A stretch of 64,000 nt of DNA. Source: Synechococcus sp. GTDB lineage: Bacteria > Cyanobacteriota > Cyanobacteriia > PCC-6307 > Cyanobiaceae. Positions within the stretch are counted from its first letter, which is position 1, and each line of letters starts with the position of its first letter. Below the pieces are notes generated by a model. It had not been told where the DNA came from and did not search any database. It worked only from the letters and a program-made list of their open reading frames with translations. Positions 31,532 through 45,712 of this stretch are shown here, one piece after another. The position numbers were made by a program, and so were the translations under genes. The stretch covers positions 576,001-640,000 of the forward strand of contig JBJBDL010000003.1 of the NCBI GenBank assembly GCA_047285305.1, given 5' to 3'.

Positions 31532-31843
31532 ATGGGCTCGTCGGAGGCCTTGATTCGCGCCACGGTGAACCGCATCAGTGCGCGCCTTGGTCACGGCTTT
31601 GCGGACGCGGCAGCGGAGTTGGCGGTGCTGGCGCAAGACGCCCCGCAACGGCTGCGCCAGGAATGGGATCTTTTTCAGGACGAGGTGCGTGCCGAGGCGG
31701 AACGGCTTGAACGTGGTGATCAGGCCACGGTGAATACAGATGGGGCTTCGGCGTCGGAACCGTCGGACAACCCGCAGGAGGTCATCGATCGTCTTCGGGC
31801 CACGGTGGCTGATCTGAGCCAAGTGATCGAGGCGCGCCCCTGA
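31532..31843 (+). CDS. conserved hypothetical protein
   Basis: 103 aa helical protein; TGATG coupling with the ABC1 kinase gene. Confidence 0.75.
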   Translation: MGSSEALIRATVNRISARLGHGFADAAAELAVLAQDAPQRLRQEWDLFQDEVRAEAERLERGDQATVNTDGASASEPSDNPQEVIDRLRATVADLSQVIEARP

Positions 31844-33495
31844 TGCTCGGCCTGCTGCGAGCGCTCCGCATCTGGCGCGCTGTCCTGACGCTGCTGCTGC
31901 TGCTTTGGTGGGATAGCCAGTCCTGGACCTACCGCGGTGGTGTCACCGCCGAGTGTCGTGCGCGCCGTCAGCAACAGCGAGCCCGTTGGTTGACTGCTGA
32001 GCTGCTGTCTCTGGGCTGCGCCTTCATCAAACTGGGGCAACTGCTCTCCGCCCGCCCAGATATCCTCCCCGCGGGCTGGGTGGCCGAACTGGCAGCGCTG
32101 CAGGACAGCGTTCCGGCCTTCAGTTTTGATCAGGTGCAGACCGTGCTCGAGCGAGAGCTGGGGCCGCGCTGTGCCGAGGTGATCGACTTGGATCCCGAGC
32201 CCCTTGGTGCAGCCTCGCTGGCCCAGGTGCATCGCGCCAGCCTGCGCAGTGGCCGGCAGGTTGTGCTCAAGGTGCAGCGCCCTGGGCTCGATCGCCTGTT
32301 TCGCCTTGATCTGGAGGTGATGCAGCAGGTGGCAGCTGTGCTGCAACGCAATCCCAGTTGGGGGCGTGGTCGTGATTGGCCAGCCATGGCACGGGAATGT
32401 CGACGTGTGCTGCTACGTGAGCTCGATTTCCGCGTTGAGGCGCAGTACGCCGCTCGTTTTCGTCAGCAATTTCTGGATGACGAACGCATCAGGATCCCTG
32501 GTGTGATCTGGGAGTTGAGCACGCGCCGTGTGCTGTGCCTCGACTACCTGCCCGGCATCAAGGTGAACGACCGTGAGGCGTTGATCGAAGCCGGTATTGA
32601 TCCGGCCGCGGTCGCTGAGGTTGGTGCAGCCAGCTATCTCAAGCAGTTGGTGCGGTTTGGTTTCTTCCATGCCGACCCCCATCCCGGCAACCTCGCCGTG
32701 GCGAGTGATGGAGCGCTCATCTACTACGACTTCGGGATGATGGGGTTGTTGTCGGACGGCTTGCGTCGACGTCTGGGGGCCATGGTTCGCGCTGCTGCTG
32801 CTAGGAATTCAGCGGCATTGGTGGATGAGATGCAGGCGGCTGGGGTGATCTCCGGTGGCATTGATGTTGGTCCAGTGCGCCGCCTCGTGCGGCTGATGCT
32901 GCAGGAGGCCCTCACCCCACCCTTCACGGCCAACGTGATCGACAAACTCTCTGGCGATCTCTACGACCTGGTCTATGGCCAGCCCTTTCGGCTGCCGGTT
33001 GAGCTGATCTTCGTGATGCGGGCTTTGTCCACCTTCGAGGGTGTTGGCCGCAGCCTTGATCCCGCTTTTAGCTTGGTGGCGATCGCCAAGCCTTATCTCC
33101 TTCCACTCATGACCTCCAGCGGCTCCGGCAGCAACGATCTATTCAACGAACTCGGCCGTCAGGTCGGGGCCCTCAGCAGCCGCGCTGCGGCCTTCCCGCG
33201 GCGTTTGGATGAAAGTCTGGAACGCCTGGAGCAAGGGGATCTTCAACTCCAGGTGCGTCTCGGTGAATCGGATCGTCAGTTCCGCCGGATGGCCCTGGCC
33301 CAGCAATCGATCGGCCAATCGGTGTTGCTCGGATGCCTGGCTTTGGCTACCGCTATTGTGGGGGCCAGTGCCCGCCCGCTCTGGTCACTTCTTCCAGCTG
33401 CTGCTGCATTGCCGGTGGGCTTGGGCTGGTTCCGAATGCAGGTCAAGATTCGTCGTGATCAACGGTTGGAGCAGTTGCCCGGATCCAACCGTTGA
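31843..33495 (+). CDS. AarF/ABC1/UbiB family atypical kinase
   Basis: FIKLGQLLS, AASLAQVHRA, KVQRP, HADPHPGN, DFGM. Confidence 0.95.
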   Translation: MLGLLRALRIWRAVLTLLLLLWWDSQSWTYRGGVTAECRARRQQQRARWLTAELLSLGCAFIKLGQLLSARPDILPAGWVAELAALQDSVPAFSFDQVQTVLERELGPRCAEVIDLDPEPLGAASLAQVHRASLRSGRQVVLKVQRPGLDRLFRLDLEVMQQVAAVLQRNPSWGRGRDWPAMARECRRVLLRELDFRVEAQYAARFRQQFLDDERIRIPGVIWELSTRRVLCLDYLPGIKVNDREALIEAGIDPAAVAEVGAASYLKQLVRFGFFHADPHPGNLAVASDGALIYYDFGMMGLLSDGLRRRLGAMVRAAAARNSAALVDEMQAAGVISGGIDVGPVRRLVRLMLQEALTPPFTANVIDKLSGDLYDLVYGQPFRLPVELIFVMRALSTFEGVGRSLDPAFSLVAIAKPYLLPLMTSSGSGSNDLFNELGRQVGALSSRAAAFPRRLDESLERLEQGDLQLQVRLGESDRQFRRMALAQQSIGQSVLLGCLALATAIVGASARPLWSLLPAAAALPVGLGWFRMQVKIRRDQRLEQLPGSNR

Positions 33496-33516
33496 ACGTT
33501 CGTCGGGGGCCTGCGA

Positions 33517-34872
<1,356 letters not shown>

Positions 34873-34921
34873 TCATACCTGGCCAGAATGACGGCAGGTT
34901 CACGCTGCACGACGCCCTCCC

Positions 34922-35320
34922 ATGCGGATGCTTCACACTATGCTCCGGGTCGCTGATCTGGAGCGGTCTCTGGGCTTCTACACAGAGGTCCTGGGCATGC
35001 AGCTTCTGCGTCGAAAGGATTACCCCATCGGCCGCTTCACCTTGGCGTTTGTTGGCTATGGGTCGGAGAGCGACCACACGGTCCTCGAACTCACCCACAA
35101 CTGGGACACCGACAGCTACACCCTGGGTGATGGCTACGGCCATATCGCGCTGGGGGTGGAGGATATCCACAGCACCTGCGCCGGCATTGCCAACAAGGGT
35201 GGTCGTGTGGTGCGGGAACCTGGTCCGATGAAGCACGGCACCACCGTCATCGCCTTCGTTGAGGATCCGGATGGCTACAAGGTGGAATTGATCGAGATGT
35301 CCTCCAAAGCCCACGCCTGA
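34922..35320 (+). CDS. gloA: lactoylglutathione lyase (glyoxalase I)
   Basis: [27 protein letters not shown]. Confidence 0.96.
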   Translation: MRMLHTMLRVADLERSLGFYTEVLGMQLLRRKDYPIGRFTLAFVGYGSESDHTVLELTHNWDTDSYTLGDGYGHIALGVEDIHSTCAGIANKGGRVVREPGPMKHGTTVIAFVEDPDGYKVELIEMSSKAHA

Positions 35321-35328
35321 AGAACCGG

Positions 35329-38103
<2,775 letters not shown>

Positions 38104-38173
38104 GGGCATCCGGTAAGGTGTTTGTTTGGCGAAGTGCCTACCGGCACCGTTGTCAACTTCCGGTCCCATCCCC

Positions 38174-38416
38174 GTGACCAGCCCCATCTCTGAGGACACC
38201 ACCACTTCCGACGGCACAAAAGCCGCTGCCGATTCCACCAAATCCGGTGGTTTTCTGGCGGACACGGTTGATGAGCTGAAACTCGTGGTCTGGCCCAGCC
38301 GCCAGCAACTGTTCAGCGAATCCATCGCTGTGATCCTGATGGTCAGCCTTTCGGCCGCCACCATCGCGGCTGTCAGTCGCTTCTTTGGGTGGGCTTCGTT
38401 CCAGGTGTTCCGCTGA
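38174..38416 (+). CDS. secE: preprotein translocase subunit SecE
   Basis: ELKLVVWPSR plus one TM helix; upstream of nusG; GTG start at 38174. Confidence 0.93.
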   Translation: MTSPISEDTTTSDGTKAAADSTKSGGFLADTVDELKLVVWPSRQQLFSESIAVILMVSLSAATIAAVSRFFGWASFQVFR

Positions 38417-38437
38417 CTCGATATCACCTTTCTCGCC

Positions 38438-39106
38438 GTGCCCGACGACCTGACCACACCGGACGCCCCTGAGGTGCTTGATCTGCCGGCCCCGAATGAG
38501 GGGGAAGACGGCACCATGCCTGCGGCGGCTGTCGCCAACACGGCCATCGCCCGTTGGTACGCCGTTCAGGTGGCTTCCAGCTGCGAGAAGAAGGTCAAGG
38601 CCACTCTGGAGCAGCGGGCCGTCACCCTCGGGGTGAGCAACCGGATTCTTGAAATCGAGATTCCACAGACCCCTGCCGTCAAGCTAAAGAAGGACGGCAC
38701 CCGTCAGTCCACCGAGGAGAAGGTGTTCCCCGGTTATGTGCTTGTCCGGATGGTGCTGGATGAGGACACGATGATGGCGGTGCGGAGCACCCCGAACGTG
38801 ATTAATTTCGTCGGTGCTGAAGATCGGCGCGCCACCGGTAAGGCCCGTGGTCACATCAAGCCTCGTCCCCTTAGCCGCTCTGAGGTGGATCGAATCTTCA
38901 AGCGCGCTGCCGAGAAGAAGACAGTCGTCAAGGTGGATCTCACCGAAGGCGATCAGATCCTGGTGACTGCTGGTCCGTTCAAGGACTTCCAGGGCGAGGT
39001 GATCGAGGTTTCCGGCGAGCGCAACAAGCTCAAGGCTTTGCTCTCCATCTTTGGTCGCGAGACCCCGGTGGAACTGGAGTTCTCTCAGATCAGCAAACAG
39101 AACTGA
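38438..39106 (+). CDS. nusG: transcription termination/antitermination factor NusG
   Basis: RWYAVQV, FPGYVLV, KOW motif GPFKDFQG, SIFGRETPVEL. Confidence 0.98.
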   Translation: MPDDLTTPDAPEVLDLPAPNEGEDGTMPAAAVANTAIARWYAVQVASSCEKKVKATLEQRAVTLGVSNRILEIEIPQTPAVKLKKDGTRQSTEEKVFPGYVLVRMVLDEDTMMAVRSTPNVINFVGAEDRRATGKARGHIKPRPLSRSEVDRIFKRAAEKKTVVKVDLTEGDQILVTAGPFKDFQGEVIEVSGERNKLKALLSIFGRETPVELEFSQISKQN

Positions 39107-39215
39107 CCTGGCGGCGGCCGTCTCCCTGCGGAGGGCGGCCTTGGGAGTGGGCAACCATTCCGCCGCACCCGACCCGAGGGTCTGGTGATCCGCAGCTGTC
39201 CAAACCCCCCAGCCG

Positions 39216-39641
39216 ATGGCCAAGAAAGTCGTAGCTGTGATCAAGCTGGCCCTAGATGCCGGCAAAGCCAACCCCGCGCCGCCGGTGGGCCCTGCCCTCG
39301 GTCAGCACGGTGTGAACATCATGATGTTCTGCAAGGAGTACAACGCTCGGACGCAGGACAAAGCCGGTTATGTGATTCCGGTGGAGATCTCGGTCTTCGA
39401 AGACCGCAGCTTCACCTTCATCACCAAGACGCCTCCGGCGTCGGTGCTGATCACCAAGGCCGCAAAGATCCAAAAGGGATCCGGTGAGTCCGCCAAGGGC
39501 AGTGTTGGATCGATCAGTCGGGCTCAGCTCGAGGAGATCGCCAAGACCAAGCTCCCCGACCTCAACTGCACCAGCGTTGAGTCCGCCATGCGGATCATCG
39601 AAGGCACCGCCCGCAACATGGGCGTTTCCATCAGCGACTGA
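39216..39641 (+). CDS. rplK: 50S ribosomal protein L11
   Basis: [18 protein letters not shown]. Confidence 0.99.
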   Translation: MAKKVVAVIKLALDAGKANPAPPVGPALGQHGVNIMMFCKEYNARTQDKAGYVIPVEISVFEDRSFTFITKTPPASVLITKAAKIQKGSGESAKGSVGSISRAQLEEIAKTKLPDLNCTSVESAMRIIEGTARNMGVSISD

Positions 39642-39670
39642 CGTCGCTGCATCGCTTCTCCAACCCATAC

Positions 39671-39702
39671 GGGGGAGGCATCCCTGATGTCGTCTGAACC
39701 CC
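39671..39702 (+). promoter_or_regulatory. ribosomal protein L1-binding leader (autoregulation of rplA)
   Basis: GGGGGA-GGCAT-CCCTG-ATGTC-GTCTGAA-CCCC: two helices flanking an asymmetric loop, resembling the E. coli L1 operator; 10 nt before the rplA ATG. Confidence 0.65.
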
Positions 39703-39712
39703 AACTCTGAAC

Positions 39713-40420
39713 ATGCCCAAAATCTCCAAGCGCCTGGCCAGCCTGGCCGGCAAGATCGAGGACCGTGCCTACGCACCCCTTGAGGCGATTGCCCTGGTCA
39801 AGGACAACGCCAATGCGAAATTCGACGAGACGATGGAGGCCCATGTGCGCCTCGGCATCGATCCGAAGTACACCGATCAGCAGCTGCGCACCACCGTGGC
39901 TTTGCCCAACGGCACCGGTCAGACCGTGCGTATCGCCGTGGTGACCCGCGGTGAGAAGGTGGCTGAAGCCAAAGCCGCCGGTGCCGAACTCGCCGGTGAA
40001 GAAGACCTGGTGGAAAGCATCAGCAAGGGCGAAATGGATTTCGACCTGTTGATCGCCACCCCCGACATGATGCCCAAGGTCGCCAAGTTGGGTCGGGTTC
40101 TCGGCCCCCGTGGCTTGATGCCCAACCCCAAGGCAGGCACCGTCACCACGGACCTCGAGGCCGCGATCAATGAATTCAAGGCCGGCAAACTGGAATTCCG
40201 TGCTGACCGCACCGGCATCGTCCACGTTCGCTTCGGCAAGGCCAGCTTCAGTGCCGATGCCCTGCTGCAGAACCTCAAGACCCTGCAGGAAACCATCGAC
40301 CGCAACAAGCCCAGCGGTGCCAAAGGCCGCTATTGGAAGTCTCTGTATGTGACTTCCACCATGGGTCCTTCCGTTGAAGTCGATTTCTCTGCTCTGCAGG
40401 ACATCGAGCAGGGGACCTGA
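39713..40420 (+). CDS. rplA: 50S ribosomal protein L1
   Basis: [29 protein letters not shown]. Confidence 0.99.
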   Translation: MPKISKRLASLAGKIEDRAYAPLEAIALVKDNANAKFDETMEAHVRLGIDPKYTDQQLRTTVALPNGTGQTVRIAVVTRGEKVAEAKAAGAELAGEEDLVESISKGEMDFDLLIATPDMMPKVAKLGRVLGPRGLMPNPKAGTVTTDLEAAINEFKAGKLEFRADRTGIVHVRFGKASFSADALLQNLKTLQETIDRNKPSGAKGRYWKSLYVTSTMGPSVEVDFSALQDIEQGT

Positions 40421-40433
40421 TCAGGCTCTCCTC

Positions 40434-40657
40434 TACAATCAACGATTGGCGAAAGCCAAATCGGGCGCGCGCCCGGCCAGAGACAGCAGGATGTCCCTGG
40501 GCATGACGTTAGTCATTCCCTTTGATGTAATCCCTGCCGAGGCAGACGCGAGACGGTTTTGTCCCATTCGGGATTGGATCGGCACGCGGCCTCGTCTTCC
40601 TTTCGAAGACTCGATCGGCCGTGTGCCCAGCTTGTTCCTTTGATCCGATCCAATCCC
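40434..40657 (+). promoter_or_regulatory. rplJL promoter (-10 TACAAT) and L10 leader RNA
   Basis: TACAAT at 40434-40439; AGACAGCAGG (40481) ... CCTGCCGAGG (about 40533-40542) L10-leader core; nested hairpins up to the ATG. Confidence 0.75.
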
Positions 40658-40658
40658 T

Positions 40659-41186
40659 ATGGGCCGCACGCTGGAGAACAAGCAGCAGATCGTCGGAGAG
40701 CTCAAAGAGCTCCTCGCCGACGCCGAACTGGCACTTGTCCTTGATTTCAAGGGCCTGTCCATCAAGGAAATGTCTGACCTGCGGGATCGTCTGCGGGCCA
40801 GCGACAGCGTTTGCAAGGTGACCAAAAACACCTTGATGCGCCGTGCCATTGATGGTGACAGCAACTGGGCCAGCCTCGATTCCCTGCTGACCGGAACCAA
40901 CGCCTTCGTCCTGGTGAAGGGCGATGTTGGTGCCGGTGTGAAGGCCGTTCAGACCTTCCAGAAGGAACTCAAGAAGTCCGAGACCAAGGGCGGCCTTTTC
41001 GAAGGCAAGCTCCTGTCTCAGGACGAGATCAAAGCCATTGCAGATCTCCCCTCCAAGGAGCAGCTCATGGCTCAGATCGCCGGTGCCATCAACGCCGTGG
41101 CCACGAAGGTCGCTGTGGGCATCAACGAGGTTCCCTCTGGTATGGCCAGGGCACTCAAGCAGCACGCCGAAGGCGGCGAAGGCTGA
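40659..41186 (+). CDS. rplJ: 50S ribosomal protein L10
   Basis: [36 protein letters not shown]. Confidence 0.98.
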   Translation: MGRTLENKQQIVGELKELLADAELALVLDFKGLSIKEMSDLRDRLRASDSVCKVTKNTLMRRAIDGDSNWASLDSLLTGTNAFVLVKGDVGAGVKAVQTFQKELKKSETKGGLFEGKLLSQDEIKAIADLPSKEQLMAQIAGAINAVATKVAVGINEVPSGMARALKQHAEGGEG

Positions 41187-41240
41187 TTCGGCCCTGCCGA
41201 GACCACTGTTCATTGATCTGTTGCTTCCCCTTTCAAAACC

Positions 41241-41630
41241 ATGTCTGCAAAAACCGACGAAATTCTCGAATCGCTGAAATCCCTCTCCCTGCTTGAAGCT
41301 TCCGAGCTGGTCAAGCAGATCGAAGAGGCCTTCGGTGTGTCCGCCGCAGCATCTGCTGGTGTTGTGATGGCTGCCCCTGGCGCTGCTGGTGGCGGTGGCG
41401 ATGCCGCTGAAGAGAAGACCGAATTCGACGTTATCCTCGAAGGCTTCGATGCCTCCGCCAAGATCAAGGTCCTCAAGGCCGTCCGTGAGGCCACCGGTCT
41501 GGGTCTGGGGGACGCCAAGGCGCTGGTCGAGGCTGCTCCCAAGGCCGTCAAGGAAGGTGTTTCCAAGGAAGACGCCGAGGCTGCCAAAAAGGCCATCGAA
41601 GAAGCAGGCGGCAAAGTCACCCTCAAGTGA
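41241..41630 (+). CDS. rplL: 50S ribosomal protein L7/L12
   Basis: [23 protein letters not shown]. Confidence 0.99.
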   Translation: MSAKTDEILESLKSLSLLEASELVKQIEEAFGVSAAASAGVVMAAPGAAGGGGDAAEEKTEFDVILEGFDASAKIKVLKAVREATGLGLGDAKALVEAAPKAVKEGVSKEDAEAAKKAIEEAGGKVTLK

Positions 41631-41677
41631 TCGCCTTGGGAGAGGGCTTGCCTCTCTCCCCCTGTTGTCATTTAGTC

Positions 41678-41704
41678 ACCGGTCCTTTCGAGGACCGGTT
41701 TTTT
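41678..41704 (+). terminator. rho-independent terminator of the rplJL operon
   Basis: ACCGGTCCT-TTCG-AGGACCGGT followed by a T-run. Confidence 0.85.
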
Positions 41705-41723
41705 CATGGTTTTTGGGGCCAAC

Positions 41724-41753
41724 AAAAAAGCTCCGCCGAAGGCGGAGCTTTTT
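41724..41753. terminator. bidirectional-type terminator, likely the 3' end of the minus-strand sRNA
   Basis: AAAAAAGCTCCGCC-GAA-GGCGGAGCTTTTT. Confidence 0.85.
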
Positions 41754-41821
41754 ATGAGAAGAACACGTTCAGGAGTCTGTCCTTGTTTCGACCCTGAAGA
41801 GGCGTTCAGCACTCCTCACAC
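41724..41821 (-). ncRNA. yfr2: Yfr2-family cyanobacterial sRNA
   Basis: Minus strand begins GTGTGAGGAG; stem TTCAGGGTC/GACTCCTGAA with loop GAAACAAGGACA; -10 TAGTGT (41828-41833) 6 nt upstream; ends in a terminator. Confidence 0.7.
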
Positions 41822-41874
41822 GAATTCACACTAAGGGTGGGGAATCTATTCTGGGCCCCTGTCTGGTCGCCCTC

Positions 41875-42416
41875 TCAACTGGCACTGTGACGGTTGGTCC
41901 TAAGCAGCGGCAGGGCATTCCCAACCGCTGAAAGCCTGAACGTTGGCTCCAGCTGCGGAGCCACAAACCCGTTGGGATAGCGGCGAGCTGGTATCGCGGC
42001 CTGACCCACCAGAAGTGGTGCCCGTTGCTGGGGGTCGAGGGCTTCGATCCTCAGCGATGTACCGGATGGCTTGAGGCGGAAGGGAAAGCGCGTTCCAAGG
42101 TCTTGGCCACCGCTACGCAGCGAGTAGCTATTGCTGTCTATGTAGCGCTTGTAGATGACGCTGAGGTTGAATCGATTCAGGCTGTGCTCCACCACCCGTC
42201 CTTGTGTGCCCTCCAGCAGGGCGGTTGGGCTTTGATCTGTTCCTGCACCAAAAGTTTCTACTGAGCCCTGCCAATTGGTTGTGCCAGCACAGCAAAGTGC
42301 TTCTCCGGCACAGCAGCGCTGTCAAACAAGGTCCGTGCTTTGCTCTCCTGCGACAGACCGGCAGCCAGGAGCCCCACGGCAGTCAGACCGGCAGCCCGCA
42401 GGTAGGTTCGGCTCAT
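41875..42416 (-). pseudogene. DUF3747-like exported protein, pseudogene
   Basis: ATG at 42416, signal-like N-terminus, [27 protein letters not shown] with in-frame TAG at 42258-42260; frameshift near 42195 into ...RYIDSNSYSLRSGG. Confidence 0.8.
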
Positions 42417-42466
42417 CCACGGTGATGCCAGAAACCGTGTTTACCGAACAGTGTTGGGACCGATCA

Positions 42467-43225
42467 ATGGCGGAAGGACGGGGACGGGTCGTGGCTGCAG
42501 CGACGGATGGTGCCTGCAGCGGTAATCCAGGTCCGGGAGGTTGGGGCGCGTTGTTGCGCTTCGAAGACGGCAGTGTTGAGGAATTCGGCGGCCATGCGCC
42601 TGATACCACCAACAACCGCATGGAACTGCAGGCGGCGTTGGAGGTGTTGCAACGGCTTGAGCAGTTGCCCCGTCATCCGGATCTCACCCTGCGCACCGAC
42701 AGCAAATATCTGATTGATGGCCTGGGCTCCTGGATCAAAGGCTGGAAGCGCAAAGGCTGGAAAACGGCTGCCGGTAAACCCGTGCTCAACCAAGACCTCT
42801 GGAAGGCCCTAGATGCCGCTCGTTTGGACGATGTCCCCCTGCGCTACGTCAAGGGCCACAGCGGTGATCCAGATAACGAACGGGTGGATCGCATCGCCGT
42901 GGCGTTCTCCCATAACGCCCAGCCCAACTTGGCTCTGAAGCAGGGATCGTCGGAGCTGTCTTCCGCTGAGGCCGAACCAGAAGCTCCATCCAAGGTTGCC
43001 CCCAAGCCTCTGCTGCAGCTGTTGTCCCGGTTGGAGCTGGCGGACCGTCTGGCGCAGGGTGGCTACAGCCTCTCGTTGCTGGAGCTGGCGCAGTTGGTGG
43101 AAAAGCCGCTCAAACAGCTGGAAACGAAGCGGGAGAGCTGGATCTGGAGGGATTGGATTGTTGAGCCTCAGGCGAAAGGTCGTTGGACCCTGCAACGTCG
43201 CGAGGCAGGATCAGAACAGTCCTGA
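42467..43225 (+). CDS. rnhA: ribonuclease HI with C-terminal extension
   Basis: [41 protein letters not shown]. Confidence 0.95.
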   Translation: MAEGRGRVVAAATDGACSGNPGPGGWGALLRFEDGSVEEFGGHAPDTTNNRMELQAALEVLQRLEQLPRHPDLTLRTDSKYLIDGLGSWIKGWKRKGWKTAAGKPVLNQDLWKALDAARLDDVPLRYVKGHSGDPDNERVDRIAVAFSHNAQPNLALKQGSSELSSAEAEPEAPSKVAPKPLLQLLSRLELADRLAQGGYSLSLLELAQLVEKPLKQLETKRESWIWRDWIVEPQAKGRWTLQRREAGSEQS

Positions 43226-43233
43226 GCCAGAGC

Positions 43234-44415
43234 ATGTCGCCGTCCTCTTCGGCTGGACCGCTCAGCAGCGGTGCCTTCTATCAGCGTTGGCTTGGCCCTG
43301 TGTTGGCGCGGGACGACGGCCTCGATGCTGAACAGCTGTCGCGCACTGCCCTCACGGCTCTTGGTCAGGCAAGCCTGCGGCGCCGCTGGCCAGGGGTGTC
43401 CACGGTGCTGGATGGCGTTGCGGCGGATCTGCAACGGCGTGATCTGCGCCTGGAACAGGTGTTGTTTGGCTGTCGCTTCCCCAACCCGGTGGGTTTGGCT
43501 GCGGGGTTCGACAAGAACGGTGTGGCGGCTGGCATCTGGGATCGCTTCGGCTTTGGCTTCGCCGAAGTGGGCACGGTCACCTGGCATGGTCAGCCAGGCA
43601 ACCCCAAGCCACGCCTGTTCCGTTTGGCGGAGGAGCAGGCTGCGTTGAACCGGATGGGATTCAACAACGATGGCGCCAAGGCACTGTTGAAAACGCTGGA
43701 GCGTCAACGCTTGGATCCGCCCGGTCGGCGGCCAGTGGTGCTCGGCATCAACGTGGGTAAATCCAAGATCACGGCCCTGGAGCAGGCTCCGGACGATTAC
43801 GCGGCCTCCCTGGAGTTGTTGTCCCCCTTGGCGGACTACGCGGTAATCAACGTCAGCTCCCCCAACACCCCTGGTTTACGGGATCTGCAGGACACAGCCC
43901 AGTTGCGGCGTCTGGTGGAGCGGCTGCGCCGGCTGCCGGCCTGCCCACCTCTGTTGGTGAAAATTGCCCCGGATCTGGACGATGAATCGATTGATGCGGT
44001 GGCCCGTTTGGCCTTTGAGGAGGGTCTGGCCGGGGTGCTCGCCGTCAACACCAGTCTCAATCGACTGGGCCTGGAGCAACGGCGGTTGCCGCAGACCGGG
44101 CGGACTCTGGCGGAGGAGGCCGGTGGTCTCAGCGGCGCCCCCCTGCGTCAGCGGGCCCAGGAGGTGATCCGTCGCCTGCGGGCCAGTGCTGGCCCGGCGC
44201 TGCCGTTGATCGGTGTGGGTGGGATTGATTCGGCCCAAGTGGCTTGGGAGCGCATCACCGCAGGGGCTTCTTTGGTGCAGCTCTACACCGGCTGGATTTT
44301 TCAGGGGCCGGATCTGGTTCCAAGGATTCTGGAGGGCTTGCTGCTGCAGTTGGACCGCCACGGTCTGCGCACCATTGCAGAGGCATCCGGCAGCGGTTTG
44401 CCCTGGCAAGACTGA
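43234..44415 (+). CDS. pyrD: dihydroorotate dehydrogenase (quinone)
   Basis: [28 protein letters not shown]. Confidence 0.97.
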   Translation: MSPSSSAGPLSSGAFYQRWLGPVLARDDGLDAEQLSRTALTALGQASLRRRWPGVSTVLDGVAADLQRRDLRLEQVLFGCRFPNPVGLAAGFDKNGVAAGIWDRFGFGFAEVGTVTWHGQPGNPKPRLFRLAEEQAALNRMGFNNDGAKALLKTLERQRLDPPGRRPVVLGINVGKSKITALEQAPDDYAASLELLSPLADYAVINVSSPNTPGLRDLQDTAQLRRLVERLRRLPACPPLLVKIAPDLDDESIDAVARLAFEEGLAGVLAVNTSLNRLGLEQRRLPQTGRTLAEEAGGLSGAPLRQRAQEVIRRLRASAGPALPLIGVGGIDSAQVAWERITAGASLVQLYTGWIFQGPDLVPRILEGLLLQLDRHGLRTIAEASGSGLPWQD

Positions 44416-44637
44416 ACGTGTTGCTCTAGAGGCACTTCATTTCTTTGATATTTCGCTATTGGATGGCTCTTCTGCGGAGTGATTCAAGGGGTGATCGTCG
44501 ACAGTGTTGGCTCAGTGGACAAAGCCGCTTGCCACTGCTCGCTTTTGGTGAGCTGCCTCAACTCGTAGCGGTCAGCTTGGCTTGAACTCGGCTGTGAGCC
44601 ACGCTGGTGATGTCTATGCGTTTTGTCGGGAGTCGGG

Positions 44638-45711
44638 ATGGGCGTCGACATGCGCCATGGCGGCAATCGCGAAGCTGCCGCTGCAAGATTGAATTGCCGG
44701 CCTTCGCAGCTGCTGGACGCCAGTGCCTCTTTAGCCCCCTGGAGCCTGCGTTCCGTCCGTATCCCACGGGACGCTATCCGCGACTATCCAGATAGGGGTC
44801 AGACGACCTTGCGCCAGGCGATTGCACGCCTGCATGGGCTCGATCCTGACGCTTTGCTCCCCGGAAACGGGGCGGCAGAGTTGTTCACTTGGGCGGCCCG
44901 AGATGCGGCGGCGGCGGGGGGCACTGCTTTGCTGGCGCCTGGGTTCTCCGACTATCGGCGGGCTTTGCAGTGCTGGGGTGCCTCCTGGATTGATACCCAC
45001 TCTCTTTTGAGTTGGAGCCACGCCGGCCCTATGGCGCATCCGCGGTTGGAGGCGCCAGTGGCCTGGATCTGCAACCCTCACAACCCCACAGGACAGCTTT
45101 GGAGCCGTGCGGCATTGGAGCCGCTGGTGGCAACCCATGCGCTGGTGATTTGCGATGAGGCTTTTCTGCCGTTAGTGCCCAACGGCGAGCAGCAGTCTTT
45201 GATTCCCTTGGTGGCTGATCATTCGAACCTGGTGGTGATTCGCAGCCTCACCAAGCTCTATGGCATTGCTGGCTTACGTTTGGGCTACGCCATTGCGCAG
45301 CCCCAGCGATTGCAGCGTTGGGCCGAGTGGCGGGATCCCTGGCCCGTGAATGGCATTGCCTTGGCTGTTTGCGAACGGTTGTTGTCATCGCCGCGGCGTT
45401 ACCGCTCTTGGTGCGCTCGCGTGCAGCGTTGGACGGCAACGGAGGGGGCGTGGATGCAGCGGCAATTGGCTGCGTTGCCGGGCATTACCCCGATGCCGTC
45501 GGCGGTTAACTACCTGCTGATTCGGGCGAACCGATCCCTCGTGCCATTGCGGGAGGCATTGGAGCAACGGCATCGCATTCTTTTGCGTGATTGCCGTTCC
45601 TTTGAGGGTTTGGGAGAGACCTGGCTGCGGATCGGATTGCAATCGCGGCGCAACAACCGCCGCATTGTGTGGGCGATGCGTGAGGAGTTGAAGCGGAGCC
45701 CTCTGGCTTGA
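44638..45711 (+). CDS. cobD: L-threonine-O-3-phosphate decarboxylase (CobD/CobC-type PLP enzyme)
   Basis: RHGGN, LLDASAS, GNGAAE, NPHNPTG, RSLTKLYGIAGLRLGY, LRDCRSF. Confidence 0.85.
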   Translation: MGVDMRHGGNREAAAARLNCRPSQLLDASASLAPWSLRSVRIPRDAIRDYPDRGQTTLRQAIARLHGLDPDALLPGNGAAELFTWAARDAAAAGGTALLAPGFSDYRRALQCWGASWIDTHSLLSWSHAGPMAHPRLEAPVAWICNPHNPTGQLWSRAALEPLVATHALVICDEAFLPLVPNGEQQSLIPLVADHSNLVVIRSLTKLYGIAGLRLGYAIAQPQRLQRWAEWRDPWPVNGIALAVCERLLSSPRRYRSWCARVQRWTATEGAWMQRQLAALPGITPMPSAVNYLLIRANRSLVPLREALEQRHRILLRDCRSFEGLGETWLRIGLQSRRNNRRIVWAMREELKRSPLA

Positions 45712-45712
45712 C

